Assembly: GCA_003971905.1 (NCBI GenBank)
Contig: RSEE01000080.1
Span: 186,001 to 250,000 of the forward strand
Reading direction: 5' to 3'
DNA: 64,000 bases
Origin: Moniliella sp. 'wahieum'
Lineage: Eukaryota
Of this stretch, positions 12,541-25,936 are shown one piece after another. Every line of letters begins with the position of its first letter. Position 1 is the first letter of the stretch. A program made the position numbers and the translations under genes. The notes under the pieces are model-generated. The model was not told the origin of the DNA. It worked only from the letters and a program-made list of their open reading frames with translations, and did no database searches.

Positions 12541-13266
12541 TCAGGCGTCGGGGAAGAAGTTGACGAGGCCATTGGTCTTGAACGACTTCTTGCGCAAGCG
12601 CTCGCGTTGCACCTGGTCCCACACACGCGATCAGTCTCGTGGTCTCGGTGCGGGGCGAACACACAAAAGGGAAGGGGATGGGGACGTACCAATTGAACCT
12701 TCTCGCGGACCGCCTGGGCAAATTTACGGTAATGACGTTCTTCTTGATGCGGCGACGAGCGGCGGTAGGGCGTTCAAAGTACGCTTGGTTGCGGAACTGG
12801 CGACGGACATTGTTGTCGCGCAGGATCTCGTTGAGGTTGCGCAGGGCGGATTGGACATTACCATACTTGACCGGGACCGTACGACCAGTGTAGGGCGTAA
12901 AGTTGTTGGTGTATCCACGCAACGGGCGGATGCGGAAGGCGGCCTCAAACTCAGCCCCGTCAGCGGCGTCCCGCCGTGCCGCTCGATCCCGTACTTGGGC
13001 TTCTCCGCTGTCACGCGCATCGGCTTCATCACCCTTCCGGGCGACGCGGCAAACAGCTTTTGCAGCGGAGCCGCCAGCTCCTCGTTGCTGGAACCAGGGG
13101 GGAGAGGGTCGTGGGCACTCTTGTGCCGGCCCACCGGCTTGCTCGCACATGCCGACGTGTGGAGCGCACGCGCCGACACGCACGCCGAAACCGGTGCGGG
13201 CGACAGGGCAGGAAGCGCCGCACGCAGCTGGCCCATGCTCGCAAACGTACTGCGGACCAACGACAT
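12541..13266 (-). CDS. MRP21: Mitochondrial ribosomal protein bS21m, frameshifted
   Basis: Presequence-like N-terminus MSLVRSTFASMGQLRAAL..RALHTS; S21 domain YTGRTVPVKYGNVQSALRNLNEILRDNNVRRQFRNQAYFERPTAARRR; intron 12613-12689. Confidence 0.8.
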
Positions 13267-13959
13267 GCTCGTTCGTTCGTCCTCGCCAGCATGGTAGGCG
13301 TAGCTCGTTGGCCAGGTCGACCGTTGCGTCGCCTAACTTGCTTCGCCCGCCGCCAGCCTTCTGCCTTCCTATTCCGCCCGTGCCTGTTCCGCTCCGCCCA
13401 CCGCACACGTGACTCGGGTGCCAACGGCGCCTTGCCCTTGCGTCTCCGCGTGGGAGTTCAAATTTCAAGGCGAGTCCTGACCTGCGCATCACCCACTCGG
13501 GACCATGGCCACCTGCCTCCGCAGGCTTGGGGCAGGTGGCGCCGTCTGGGCGGGCGAGGCGCACCGCGTCTCTTCTCTACGTCGACCACCACTTAAGCTC
13601 CACGTTCAGTTCCAGCTGGGACGCTCAACGTCCTGCCGGCGCGAGCCTAGCGCCTAGGAAGGGGGAGGCGAGCTACATGGGGTACAGGACACCGGACCCG
13701 GGACAAGAACCAAGCTCATCAAGAACAAAAAGTACATGTGGCGCGCAAGATCATGGGTCGAGAGATGGAGGGCGGGCGGGGCAGGGCAGGAGGGGAGACG
13801 GATCGATACGACAGAGCTGCAGTTTGTGGGCTGCACGACAGCGGGCAACCGGGGTAGGGGGGGGGGGGGGGGGCAAGGCAGCAGGATCCAGAACAAGGGA
13901 ACGAGTGTGGGTGCGGGAGCAGAGCGTGGCAGAGCAGGGAAGGGTATCAAAGACAGATG

Positions 13960-16900
13960 GCGGAGGAAAGGGGGGGAGTAAGGAGGTAGGGTAGACATGG
14001 GGGTGCGAGGCGCAGAAACTATACCGACCGGCGGGGAAGACGAACGCGTCCAGTTCCTGTTGCGCGGCGGTGCGGCGGCGTGTGGTGTAGGCCCCTGGTG
14101 CGGAGAGGAGTGGGAGTAGGAGCAAGGGGGGGAGCGGGTTTAGGATTGGAGTCAGGCACAGAGGTGGAGGAAAGACGCGGGGCAAGGCCGTGGAAGTCAT
14201 GGTCGTAGTAGAACTTTGGCTGGACAGGTCGGGCCTCGAGACTGGGACTGGGACTGGGACTGGGACTGGGATTGATTGGGATTGGGATTGGGATTGGGAT
14301 TGGGAGGGGGAGAGAGGAGCAGTGGTCTCGTCTGCTGCACCCTCACCCGGTCCCTCGCCCGCCTCGTTCCCCTCGGCACCACATCCGATGCTCTTCGATC
14401 CATTCGTCCCCTTCCTCGGGGGTGGGGTGGGCCGAGGTTCGGTTGAGCCCTGAGCTAAGCCGCGGCTTGGACCGAACGGAGCGGTTGGATCGGGTAGATG
14501 TGCGGCGCGCCAGGAAGGTGGCACCTCCTTTGCCCGATGCACTGGGCACTTCGAACGGAGCGGCTGGAGGAACGCGAAAGCGGGCGGACGGGGATGGACT
14601 TGTCCGAGATGAGATACGGGAGCCGGCGTTTCGGAGGACAGAGTGGGCAAGGGAACCGGTTCATGACCGGACTGGAAAGAAGTTGGGATGAAGGGTCTTG
14701 CGCTTGCTCCACAACTTGGCCAAACCATTCGGCTTGCCCTACCCTTGCCCTTGCCCGTGCCCTTGCCCGTGGATGCAGCTCTTGGTCCGGGGATGGGCTC
14801 AGAACGGCGGACTTGGCCCCCGCCGAGGTGGGAAGGGGAGGGACAGGGGGGATGGGAAATTTGGGGGCTTTGGCTGTGTTGGTTGCTGGGCTTGCTTTTG
14901 CTGCTTGGCCTGCTTGGCCTGCTTGGCATCATGCGCGCGAACCATACGATCGACCTTGTGGAGGTCCTTGAGCATCGCTGCCTCAGCTTTGAGCTTGGCT
15001 TTTCCGCTTTGCAGCATGCTTGGACGCTTGCCACGCCGCCCGACGTTCCGCCAAGCTCCGTCTGCGAGTGCGCAGCTTGCTCGTCGCCTGGGCTTCTCCT
15101 CGGTGCCCGCCGAGGCAGAGAGGGCATAGGCTCAGTCTGGCGCGAAGCCACCGCAGGCGACGAGGCACCCGCAGTCGAACCACGCTCTCTTAACCACAGG
15201 CGCAGGACAGGAACACCTCGGCGTCGATGGCCCGCCATGTTGGTCGTGACTGAGCTCGAGTGGGAATTGGCCATCCAGGAAGCATGAGTTGTCCCCGATC
15301 CTGAACCCGATCCTGACCCCGAGCCTGATCCGGACCCGAGCCGGACCAGAGGCAAAGCGAGAAGCAAAGGGGGCGCGAGGAGGCCGGACGGGCGCAGCAG
15401 GCGGGTGGTCTGAGTCTCTGGGTGGGCTGGGACACGGGCGCGGTTGCCGCCCCAGGATAAGCAAGTACCATTTCGGGTGAGAGGGGAGATGAGCCGCGCG
15501 TGTTCGTGTTCTTCCCTTCGGGGCCAAGAGCGGGATCTGGCGCGGCAGTGTCACCGGGGGCGGCCAGGTCTGCCCCGGCTTCGGCTTGGCCAGACTGCGG
15601 AGTGGAAGAGAAGGATCCAAAACTGCAGGTGGGGGGTCTTGGTGGCGGGGGCAGGCGCAGTCGGGGTGCTGGCCCCCTCCCCCTCATTCAGCTCGTTGGA
15701 CTCGGGACGTGGGGTTGCAGGCATCGTGGTCGGCCGCATGGAGGTAGGAGGGACAGTCGGGGGGTAGGGAGGTGGGGCGGTTGAGCTAAATACGGGCATC
15801 GCGACCGGGGGTCCTTTTTCTTGCGCAAGCCCAGGCCAAAAAAGGAAAACGTCGCACGGCGCTGTCTCTTCTCGGGGAAGGCGAAGGGGGGGTGGATTAG
15901 CAGGTAGGAGCTGGGGACGGGGAGGGGCAGGGCCGGTAGGCACTGGAGCCTGGGACGGTGCCGAATTCAGCACGACAGCATGTTGGAGTTTGACCTGGGC
16001 CTTGCCTGCCGAAGCAAGAAAGAACAGCGCGTGCGGTCGTACTAAGACGAGAGGTGGGCGTCCCCGACGCGGTGACTGGCATCTCGGGCGCAGAGGAGGG
16101 CGGTGGGGCATCGGGGCTCGAGCCCGGGTCGGTAGAGGGCAGGGAATGGGGTAGAGCCAGCATGCAACGTTTCGCCCTCCATTTTCTTCTTCTCGCCTGC
16201 AGTTCATGATCTGGCCCGTGAGCCTGGTCAAGAGGAGAGATGACAGCTCGCAGGAGGGGACGCAGGAGCATCCGAGTGGCCAGCTGGCCCGGGAAAGGAG
16301 ATGCTTGAGGAGTTGCCCATACTTCGGATTGCGAGCTGAAGGAGTATCGCCCCAGTGGGCGTAGGCGGTGCGATTGGTGCTGTGCTTGGAGGGCCCGGAA
16401 GAGGAGGGGAGGAAAGGGTGGCCTGTGATACAACTGTGGGTTGGACGAGCGGCGCTGTCTATCCATCCCAGGCGGAACGGCGGGAAGGACGACATGTTCA
16501 ACGTGTTGCTCGTCCGAGGAGGTTGCTGGCGAGAAGAGCGAATGGGAGAATGGTCCACCTTGCCCACTGGGCGAACAGGTCGGCGGGCTGAGGCTCGGGG
16601 CGGCATCCAGTCCTGGAGCCAGGAAGAGGAAGGGGCAGATTGCTCCGATCCCGGCGAGTCGAGTGGCCGATTGAATACCATGGAGCGGCGCTTGGATGCG
16701 GGACAGTGACCTCGGCTGTGGTCGCCCCGCCTCATCCAAGTCGGAGGTTACGGTCACGAGGGATGGAGAAGTGGCTGCGGCGCTTGTGGGAGCGCAACAC
16801 GGGCGTCCGACGCTTGCAGCTGGGCGGCGTGAAGAACAATGGAGGCCTCGGCGGCCATTTCACAGGGCAAGCTGAGCTGCTGTACGCCGGCCACGACGGG

Positions 16901-17349
16901 CGCACCAAGGATCCATGATCGGGAGCTTGCATTCCGGGCAGAGGCCATCCGGCGACCAGCGCATCGGCCAGCAAGGCAGCGCCATGCTCAGGCGGGTAGG
17001 GATGGGACCGACCGCGCCCTGGGCCTGAGGCGGGACATAGGGCCAAGGCTCTTCAACGCCGTAGGTGTCGTAGCCATAATCGTCTTCGTCGTCGTCTTCG
17101 TCTGCATCCTCCTCCTCTTGCGCGTCAAAGGGTGGGGAGGCGGGAGGATAGGAGGCGGAGGATAGGTCGGGCAGATGGGGCGAGTGGGTCAGGTTTCCGA
17201 CTCGGCAGGCTCCTGGCCGTTGAGACTGTCGGGAGAGAGAGACAGTGGCGGTGGTGGAGTCGCTGTATCCGCGAGAGGCTAGGTCTGGGCGGCTGGGAAG
17301 CGGCCCGGGGGGCGGGGGGGCGGGGGTGGGCAGCAGAGACAGCCGCCAT
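13960..17349 (-). CDS. Long low-complexity hypothetical protein, heavily frameshifted; ends uncertain
   Basis: Chain of overlapping Pro/Ser-rich minus ORFs with an acidic patch (EEEDADEDDDEDDYGY) and a helical segment (AKLKAEAAMLKDLHKVDRMVRAHDAKQAKQAKQ); no domain recognised. Confidence 0.45.
14240..14304. repeat. Compound (GGGACT)n/(GGGATT)n microsatellite
   Basis: Direct inspection. Confidence 0.9.
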
Positions 17350-18110
17350 TGCGGACGCAACAGAGGGGCGGAGGCAAAGAAGGTGGGGGCAGAAGGGACG
17401 GGCGCGGGGGAGGGGGGAGGGTGGTGGTGGCGAGGAGGAGGTGGTGGTGCGGGTGCGGCGGGGGTAAGCAGCAGCTGGCACGCCGAACACTCCAGCTACG
17501 CCCAGGGCCCAGGGCGCACCTGCGCCGAACAGGCGTGCGCCGGGCAGCACGCCAGCCACATGCGGGCAGCGCGGAGGCGGTGGGGCGCACACTGGGGGGC
17601 TGCGGGGGCTCTGGCCGATCATCGATCACATCCCGGGGTGCTGCTGCCGCAGAGTCGTGTGCGTCGCCTGGCGCCAGCACTGGCGCCCAGCGTGTGGCGC
17701 ACTGCGTTCTATCCTCAACGCGTGCGTTCAATTGAACATGCAACCCTGCATGCTCCGCCTCCGGACAGGCCCCACGCACCACGCCGCCCTGGGCCGCACA
17801 ACCCTAGTGCTCCAACCAGCGCGGTGGGGTGCGGATCCGCTCGCATGGCACACGCGCAGCAACCACGCCCACTTCCAGCGTCCCCGTCCAGTAGTCGCCC
17901 CTCGACACCCACCACCAAGGCAGATGTCGACGCCCAACACCACACCCATCGTGTCTACACGCTCCGCGGGCTACGTTCAGAGGCCTAAGGTGTATGCTTC
18001 ATATGAGCCCAAGAGGATGAACAGGGCAGGGAGAAAACAGGAACATGGCGTGCGAAAGGAAAGGGAAGGGATGCGAATAGGGGGACCAAATTGGCCACAG
18101 CAGACTCGGC

Positions 18111-21100
18111 TTAGAGGTCGTCCAGCTCGTCGGCCGAGTCGTACGTGCCAGCCTTCTTCTTGGCCAGACGGTCCTTCTTGGCTTGCGCGCCTCCTTGGAG
18201 CTGAGCGCCTTCTTCTTCTTGGCCACCTCAATCTTGTTGCCCATCGCATCAAACTTCTCCTCCTCCTCGTCCTTCTTCTTGTCGATCCGCGGGCCCGAGC
18301 CCTGGCCCTCGACCCAGTGTGGCCCGACGCCGCAGCACACCGCGTCCATCGCCCAGACCTCGAGCACACCCCTCCGACACCTCGATCGAGTGGGTGATCA
18401 GGCACACACCGCCGTCGAATACCTTGAGCGCGTTAATGAGCGCAGCAAGCGATCACGGTCCAAGAAGTTGGACGGCTCATCCAGAATGATAATGTGAGGA
18501 CGACGCCAGGTAGCCGCGGCGAGCACGACCTGACCTTTTGGCCACCGGACAGACCGCGCATCGTGTTGTGCGACGTAAACTCGCGCCAGACCAAAGTCCT
18601 CAAAGTGCTGTGCTCAATCTCCTTGCGGACCAGCGGGCGGTTCATACCGAGGCGCTGCGCCTCCTTCGAGTCAAACTCGAGCACCTTCTTCTCAAACCAC
18701 GCTTGACAACTCGTCACGCGGAATCCACACATTGTCGGCCGACTACATGTTCTTGAACGAGACTCGTATTGGAACGAGTTCTTCAACTTCTTACGACCGA
18801 CAATCGACTCAATCAGGCGCTTGACACCCTCAACAATGTACACCTCACCCTGCTTCTGCATCTTCTTCTCCTCCTCCGACAGCTCCTTGGACGAGTTCTT
18901 GAGGAACTCTTCCAGGTCCTCACCGGTCTGGTACCGCCACAGCATGTACTCCAGAGGCGTCTTGTCAAGGTGCTGGTCAATGTGGTGGAAGGCATGTTGG
19001 GCAACATAGCCAATAACCAAGTTGGGGTGCTTCCACACCTCACCCGTCGCAGCCTCCGTGTCACCAACCATGAGCTTGACCAGCGTCGACTTGCCCGAAC
19101 CGTTGGGGCCGAGAATAGCCACCCGCGACGAGAGCGAGACCTGCATCGAGATACCGAGCAGCTGGGGCTTGGGTGTGCCGGGGTACTGGAACGTCACGTC
19201 ACGCATCTTGAGCAACGACTTTTCCTTCGTCTTGACACCGTCCAGCAGTGGGGGCTCGGGGAACTTGAACGAGTAGTCCTCGCCGAGTTGATCTCAACGT
19301 ACGACCGTGCCTCGGGACACGCTTGACAAACGCGTCGAGGTTGCCGGGATAGCGCTTGATCTTGAAGCGGTTGAGATGGAGAATGTCCGTGGTGACATTG
19401 TTGAGGAACTTGGAGTCGTGCGAGACAATGATCGAGGTGGTCTGGGTGAGGCTGTTGAGGTAGTCGGTGATCCACTTGACGTTGACCACGTCCAAGTGGT
19501 TCGTCGGCTCGTCGAGCAGCAGAATGTCAGCCTTGAAGAGGATAGCACGCGCCAGCGCCAGCTTCATCTTCCAACCACCCGACAGACCGGCCACAGGCGA
19601 GTCCTGGCGCTCCTGGTCAAAGCCCATCTCGTTGAGCGTCTTGGACGCCTCCTCCTTGGTGATCTGCAGGCGCTGGTCGGCAACAATGAAATCGACCACC
19701 GAGATGGTACCCTCGGAACCGTCAAGGTCGTGCTCGACGTACCACGTCTTGACCTCCTCGGGCGAGGGGAAGCCCTCCACCTGGCCGTTCTGGATGGCAC
19801 GCATCAGCGTCGACTGCCCGAACCGTTGCGGCCCAGCAGACCGTAGCGGTGGCCACGCTTCAGACGAAGGGTTGCCGTGTTGAGCAGAATCTTGGCACCG
19901 TAGGCAAGCGAGAACTGGCAGTTGCAAAGGTCGACACCCTCCTCCTCATCGTCAAGACCTCAACCTCGCCGCCGAACGACTTGGCGAGAGCCTTGAGGAG
20001 CGACATGATAATCTCGTGCGACGTCGCTTGGTAGCCTTCTTGTCGAGCTGGATGTACGAGTGGAGGGCTGCCTCCCACTCGGACGGCTCAAACTCACGTG
20101 CATTGGTCAGGTTGGCCGTGAGGGTGGCCACGTAGGCAACCAGTGCCTTGTCCGAGTCGAGCTTCTTCTCGGCAAACTGCTCCGTGACCAACTTGAGCAC
20201 GGTCGGGTAGTCCACATCCTCCAGCGGGATGTCCGACCCGTCGCCCGAAACGTGGCCAATGTCACGCAACGTCTTGATGGCGCGCTGCACGACGGAGCGA
20301 GCCTCGGGGTCAGCCATCGTCGACTCGACCTTAATCAAGCCGGGAGAAGCTTGGGCAAGAAGGGGCGGACAGTACGCTCGTTGTCGACGAGCTTGGCCAT
20401 GTTGTCAATGATCACGGCCACCTTACGCTTGATGGGCGTAGGGCGCTCGTTCAACCCACGCTGGAGAAGGGGCGCATGAGAGCAAGCGTGGGCGAGTCGA
20501 CCTCCTGGACAAAGGTGGTGGCCGAAAGCACGCCAATGGTCTTTGGCACCTCCTCGACGGGGAAGATGAGCGACTTGATCAAGGCAGGGAGTGAAACGCT
20601 CAATGTCCTTGTTGGAGATGAGCGAGCAAAGGTCCGTCAGCGCAGCGCGCGACGCCTTCTGCACGTCGGGCTTGGTGTCCCAAATGACCTCCGACATAAC
20701 GGGGATAATGTCGGGCATGGCGGCAGCAATGCGGTCCGGGCTCGACTTGACGAGCTGAAGGAGGACCTTGACGAGACCCGTCTTGACTTGCCACTTGCCA
20801 GCGGTGCGGATTGTCGAGGAGAACGTTCAGAGCCTGAGGAACGGCCCAGGAGCTGTGGACGGAGGAGAAGGCGATGAGGGCGTTGGTGGCCGCCTCGCGG
20901 ACGGCCTTGTCCTTGTCGCCCATAGCATCCACCAGCGCACGGTAGGTCGCAGGGAACATGTACACCTCCGCGTCCTTGCCTGCGCCATCGTCGCAGATGG
21001 CCTTGACGAGAGCAGCGGCACCAGCACGCTTGGCCGCGTCCTTCTTGTCGGCCAGGCCCTTCTGGACCAGGTCAGGGAGACCAGCCAGCCTTGGGGCCCT

Positions 21101-21168
21101 CGGCCTTGGCGGCAGCGACGAGCGCTGCACAGCAGACGAGTCGGAGAAAGCGCCTCGTTGACGGAAAT
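18111..21168 (-). CDS. YEF3: Fungal translation elongation factor 3 (HEAT repeats, two ABC domains, chromo-like insert), many frameshifts
   Basis: [98 protein letters not shown]-terminal [20 protein letters not shown]. Confidence 0.97.
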
Positions 21169-22767
21169 GATGATGGTCTGGGCAGAGGAGGTCAGCGCGG
21201 GAGGCGAAGGAGGGGGCCAGCGCATGCGTACAGACGGTACGAACGGCCAACTGACGGAGCAGCGTGGTGGCGGGAAGAGCAACGGTGACACCGACGCGGA
21301 CACTTTTATTCGTAACCTGCCGCAGCGGGGGGCAGACACTTGCGCGGTGCAGGGGGGAAAAAAACCTCGGCGCCACCACACACTCGCCCCGCCGCCCCAC
21401 TTTCCACGGCCAATGTTCAATGTTCAGCCTGCAACGTTTCACTTTCACGGCCCGCTTCGCCCGCCGCCGGCTTCCGCCCGCAGCCGCCGGGGCAGTGGGG
21501 CGCAGGCAAGGGCAAGGGCAGCCTCGTTTCGAGCATACCAGGGTGGCCTTAGATGGCCCTGTCGGCCGCAAGCTTGCACCGATCGCTGCCCCTCCATCCA
21601 TCTCTGCCACCCACACGTCCCTCCTCACGGTGGACCCATAGTTAGTGGCTGGATTGAACAGACGCAGTAACCCTCGGAAACGCACACTGTTGTGCTTGTT
21701 GAAGTGGGAGCATCATGCAGTCAGGGTGCAAGAAAACTTGTTTCCACACCGCAAGAACCATCCCCCGCGCCACGTGCAGCGTTGCGTCGTCCTTAACTGA
21801 TGCGCCATACTACTCAGTCGCCAGCTAGACGACGAGAATGCCCCCCACATCGTCCTCGTCCGGGACCTCTCACCGGGAACCCAGCCCGGGTGTCTGTGGG
21901 TCACAGGGCAGCTTCGACCGTGGTGGAAACGTCATCGCAGTATAGTCGACCACTACATTCTTCATTGAACAGACAGTCGACCTTATCCTGGCACTCCGGT
22001 GGCCACCCTATTATACTACCCCCTTTACAGCTGCTTGCAGAGGACAGATTATGAGTCAAACCTGTAGATGACACCGTGAGCCAAGAGGGTGGTAGCATCA
22101 CATGACTTCGCCTCAACCACGGAAGCAGGGGACGCAGGTGCAGTGAAAGTGGAGCTACTAGTAGAGTTGGGTTAGAGGCACGGAGGGCTTCGCTGGATTG
22201 ACAGCATTACGTACCGCGAGAGCGGCGAGAGGCATGCCTGACATGGTGGGTTGGTACGGATGATGCAGAAGAAGTACGAAGGCATCACAAACGATGGTAA
22301 ATATAGGCAGGCTTCGTGTGTGCGATCAATAGCCTGGATCTCCTATTATTATGGAAGCTAAGATGGAGACCATTGCAGCAATGACTTCGAGATGGCGTGC
22401 ACGGCTCGTACCCGCATGCAGCTACGGCAACTTTTTGCACTTCGGGAGAAATTACGAGAGAGCGCACTCGAGCAACGAGCGCATCTCCACATCATGAGAC
22501 GTTCATCCGTGTACATAATCCTCTACTATAGGCGCACTCGGTAACCGATTCGGACCCGAGTGGCATGTGGAGCCAGAAACTTCTGACACATGTGAGGTTG
22601 CCATTGGGGCCTCTTTAGGAGACGCACAAGCTGAAGAAAACGCCGCAGATGAGCGAAGCGTCCCCCTTATTGTCGCTGTTTTTAAACTTCGTAGACCGTA
22701 TGCGCTGGTGGAAATAGGGGAAACAACAAGGCTGTGGGGATGTAGTTAGTGTAGCCCCATCAAAAAA

Positions 22768-22864
22768 GGGGTCCGCCCGGGATCGAACCGAGGACCACCT
22801 CTACGAGTCTTTCCTCCTAAAGAGGAACACCTAAAGAGGCATGATACCACTACACCACGAACCC
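22768..22864 (-). tRNA. tRNA-Pro(AGG) with 25-nt intron (22804-22828)
   Basis: Acceptor GGGTTCG/CGGACCC, D arm GTGTAGTGGTATCAT, anticodon stem CCTCT/AGAGG with TT-AGG, T arm CTCGG-TTCGATC-CCGGG, T6 terminator. Confidence 0.92.
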
Positions 22865-23172
22865 TCGATGCGGAAAAGTATAGTCATTCCCATTCAGAAT
22901 GGGTGCCCAAAGCAGACCTTCTGTACTTCAGTTCCCAATGGTCCTGAAAATTGATACGCTGGATCTTGTTCCAATGCAGACATACGATACCCTTGCAAGA
23001 ACTTCAGGGGGATTATCAGTTATCGATTATCGATTTCTAGCTCTACCCAACGTGCCCAAGAGTGCTTGGGTCTGCTTTTGTTGGACTCATCGATACTCAC
23101 TCACATATGCACGCAGTACTCACTAGCCACACTTGCAGCTTGCACTCACAACACATTAGACCATCAGACATT

Positions 23173-23217
23173 AGATCTCAGATCTCAGATTTCAGATCTC
23201 AGATTTCAGATCTCAGA
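23173..23217. repeat. (AGAT[C/T]TC)n heptamer tandem repeat
   Basis: About six units. Confidence 0.85.
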
Positions 23218-24709
23218 CTGAGTTCTCAGTCTCAGATGAATATACCCCTTTTTGCCTCCTGTGTCTTCAAGCTCCAATCGTCAACATATGGACGTTTCAG
23301 GCCTATCATATATCAGGTCGGTCGGGTCCATATCGCGTACCTTGTGCTTCAAGTCAAGCTTCAAGTTCAAAACGATATGCAGTTACTACAGTTGCAAGGT
23401 TTGGCGTTCCTGCGGTTTTCAGAGACCCCATGAGGAGGGCCGCACGTTACGCGTTATGCGTCCCCCCTGTCGGACGTTCCGCACCCGACTGATGCATCCT
23501 GGCGGAGAGCAAAAGGGGTGAGCCGGTGAGGCCTGAGACCGGTGAGGGTGCGTTGGAGAGCGTGTGCCCAGCCTCGCTCGCACCGGCACCAAGCAAAAGG
23601 CCACCCAAGGCCACGCACCCAAACAGGCCGGAGGGGGTTCAACACGTTGAACACGTTGAACGGTGAACGTTCGCTGATCGAGTGTGGAGATGGATGAATT
23701 GATCGATCGCAGTCATCGTAGTCGCACCCCACACAGCCTTGGCCTATCGCAGAACAATAGGGGGCAATCGCACTGACTGTCCCTTGTTGCGCGAGTCACG
23801 CGCTGCGCCCCCCCCTGTTTATTGGCATCCTAGAGCAGCCTGCCGCTCGCCCTTCCCCTCTCCCCCTCCTCCACACCGACTGAGATGCTCAACCTCCGGA
23901 CCAGAGACGGCGACACTGGGCTCCGGCTGAGCTGAGCGTCATCGTCAGGCTGAGCCTCAGCGCTGACTCTAGCTGGCTCCAAACAAATCGGCCCTGCTGT
24001 ATGTACCGACTTGTTTCTGCTGTATGTACTGACGTATTACCGGAGTACTGGCTAGTGACTCCGTACTCCGTCCCAGTGTGGACGATCATTAATTCAGGCA
24101 TCATGCATCATGCATCACTAGTCACTGATTGTTGAGCGTTAAGTACGTTAAGCATTGCGGATCACCGATGGTATCGTTGCTCATGCATCGACAGGGCTTG
24201 AGGCGTCCGTTTGGGGCTGCTCGTGGCGTCTGATATACATACTCCCGGCCTATCGCAACACCTGGCCAGTGCCTCTCTGTGTGAGATCCCTCGCAAACGT
24301 GCATACTCGATAGTCGATAACCGCATCGCCAGAGTAATCCACCGTTCCTGGCACACCAGAACTTCTTCGGGCAGCCCACCACCATCTGCATCCACGGCCA
24401 TCGACCAGCCATCTATCGATCCTCTGTTGGCCGCCGAGCCCCGCGCCCCACCGCACCCCCCTGTTGTGGCTGTCTTATCCGCCGAAGCTCTCGCTGAGGC
24501 TGTGGGTGCACCCACCATCATCATTGTTCTGCAGTATTACAAGTACCCGGCGTGTCACCTCAGCTCAGCACTCTGCCATGTCTCGTGCGTATCCCCAGCT
24601 CCCAGCCCAACAGAGCTACCACCTCACTCCACCTGCTTACCATCTCGTTGTGTCTTTTCCGCCTGCCCTGCCATCGCCCTTCCCTTGTTGATTCGCCACT
24701 ACCGCCATC

Positions 24710-25936
24710 ATGCTCTCCCTCACCCACCTGCTCTTGCATCAACCCACAGGCGCGCAGCTGGCCCATCCAGCCCCCTTCTCGTCTGCCCCCCGTGCCTGTT
24801 TCCGCCCCAGCTTTCATACCTACTCTGCCTCGTCCGGCCTCAACAGCGCCGCACTTGACAGCGTTGCCCTCGACAACCTCTGGAGCGATGGCGACGAAGA
24901 TGAGGACGACGATGATGACGACTGGCTCCCTTCCCCCGGCATCCACCTTACCCTCCGTGTCCTCACAGGCCTTACCGTCTCGACAATGGCTCCATCCGCC
25001 ACCTTCCCATCCCACTTGAACAGGATGCCCGCGTCCTCCTCGGCCAACCAATCTTCCTCCCCGATAAGGATGGATTGATCAAGCGACGCATTGTGGTTGG
25101 CCTCGCCGACTCGGATGCGGAAGAAGAGAGCGAAGCGGGTACGAAGCCTTGCCCAAATCCACCCAATCCCTTGCACCGTACTGACCTTACTTTTCTGTAT
25201 GCAGAACTGTCGAGCGACGACGGTGAGTCAATCAACAAGAGTCCTGTTCCTGTGTATACGCACCAACGCCGACTCCATACCCTCGATGCTCTCTTTGTGC
25301 AAACCAACCAGACTACAGATGAGTCGACATGGTGCGCCAACGCACCACGAAACGAGGATCAGCTCTTTTCTCTTGCTGTGCCGGTCTTCAATATGACCAG
25401 CCTCACAGAGTCGGATTTGGCGGATGGGATCCGCACCCAGCTGGAGCAAGACCAGCTGGAAGATGGCGAAGAGGAAAAGACGTTTGTCTACATCCAAGCC
25501 CGCAGCCCACGTCCTGTCGCCGGAAACGTGGACAGTGCTTCCGTTGCCGGCGGCTGGCCTCCGACCTTGCGCCACCACATGATCCAGTCCATCATGGAGC
25601 TTCGTGAACGACTTCCCCAGCCCGAATCGGCCAACTTGGCCATCATCATCGATCCCGATACGCCGAGATGGGTTTGTAACTCTTCTCTACCTGTGCTCGG
25701 ACGACGATCCTCACGTGGCCGAAGAAAGCGGGCGTCTGGCCAGCTTGGGCATTACAGAGGGCCTCGACGCGTTTGTACGAGAAGGGGTGCGGGTCAAGGC
25801 GGACGAGGCATGGGTAGCAATCAGTACGGCTGGTTTCAATGGCACGATGGACGAGGCTGTGGAGCCTCATGCGCAGCAGTTGGCTCCTTGGGCGTCTCCC
25901 TTTGGAGTACAGGATGTGCACCAGCACCTGCCTTAA
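24710..25936 (+). CDS. Hypothetical acidic protein, frameshifted
   Basis: Successive ORFs 24710..25078, 25075.. and 25604..25936 with coding-like composition; likely intron near 25139-25204 (GTACGA..CTGAC..CAG). Confidence 0.55.

Noticed and set aside
18111..21168. Programmed ribosomal frameshifting in eEF3 and other genes
   Set aside because: Shifts are numerous, scattered and lack consistent slippery sites; assembly error is simpler
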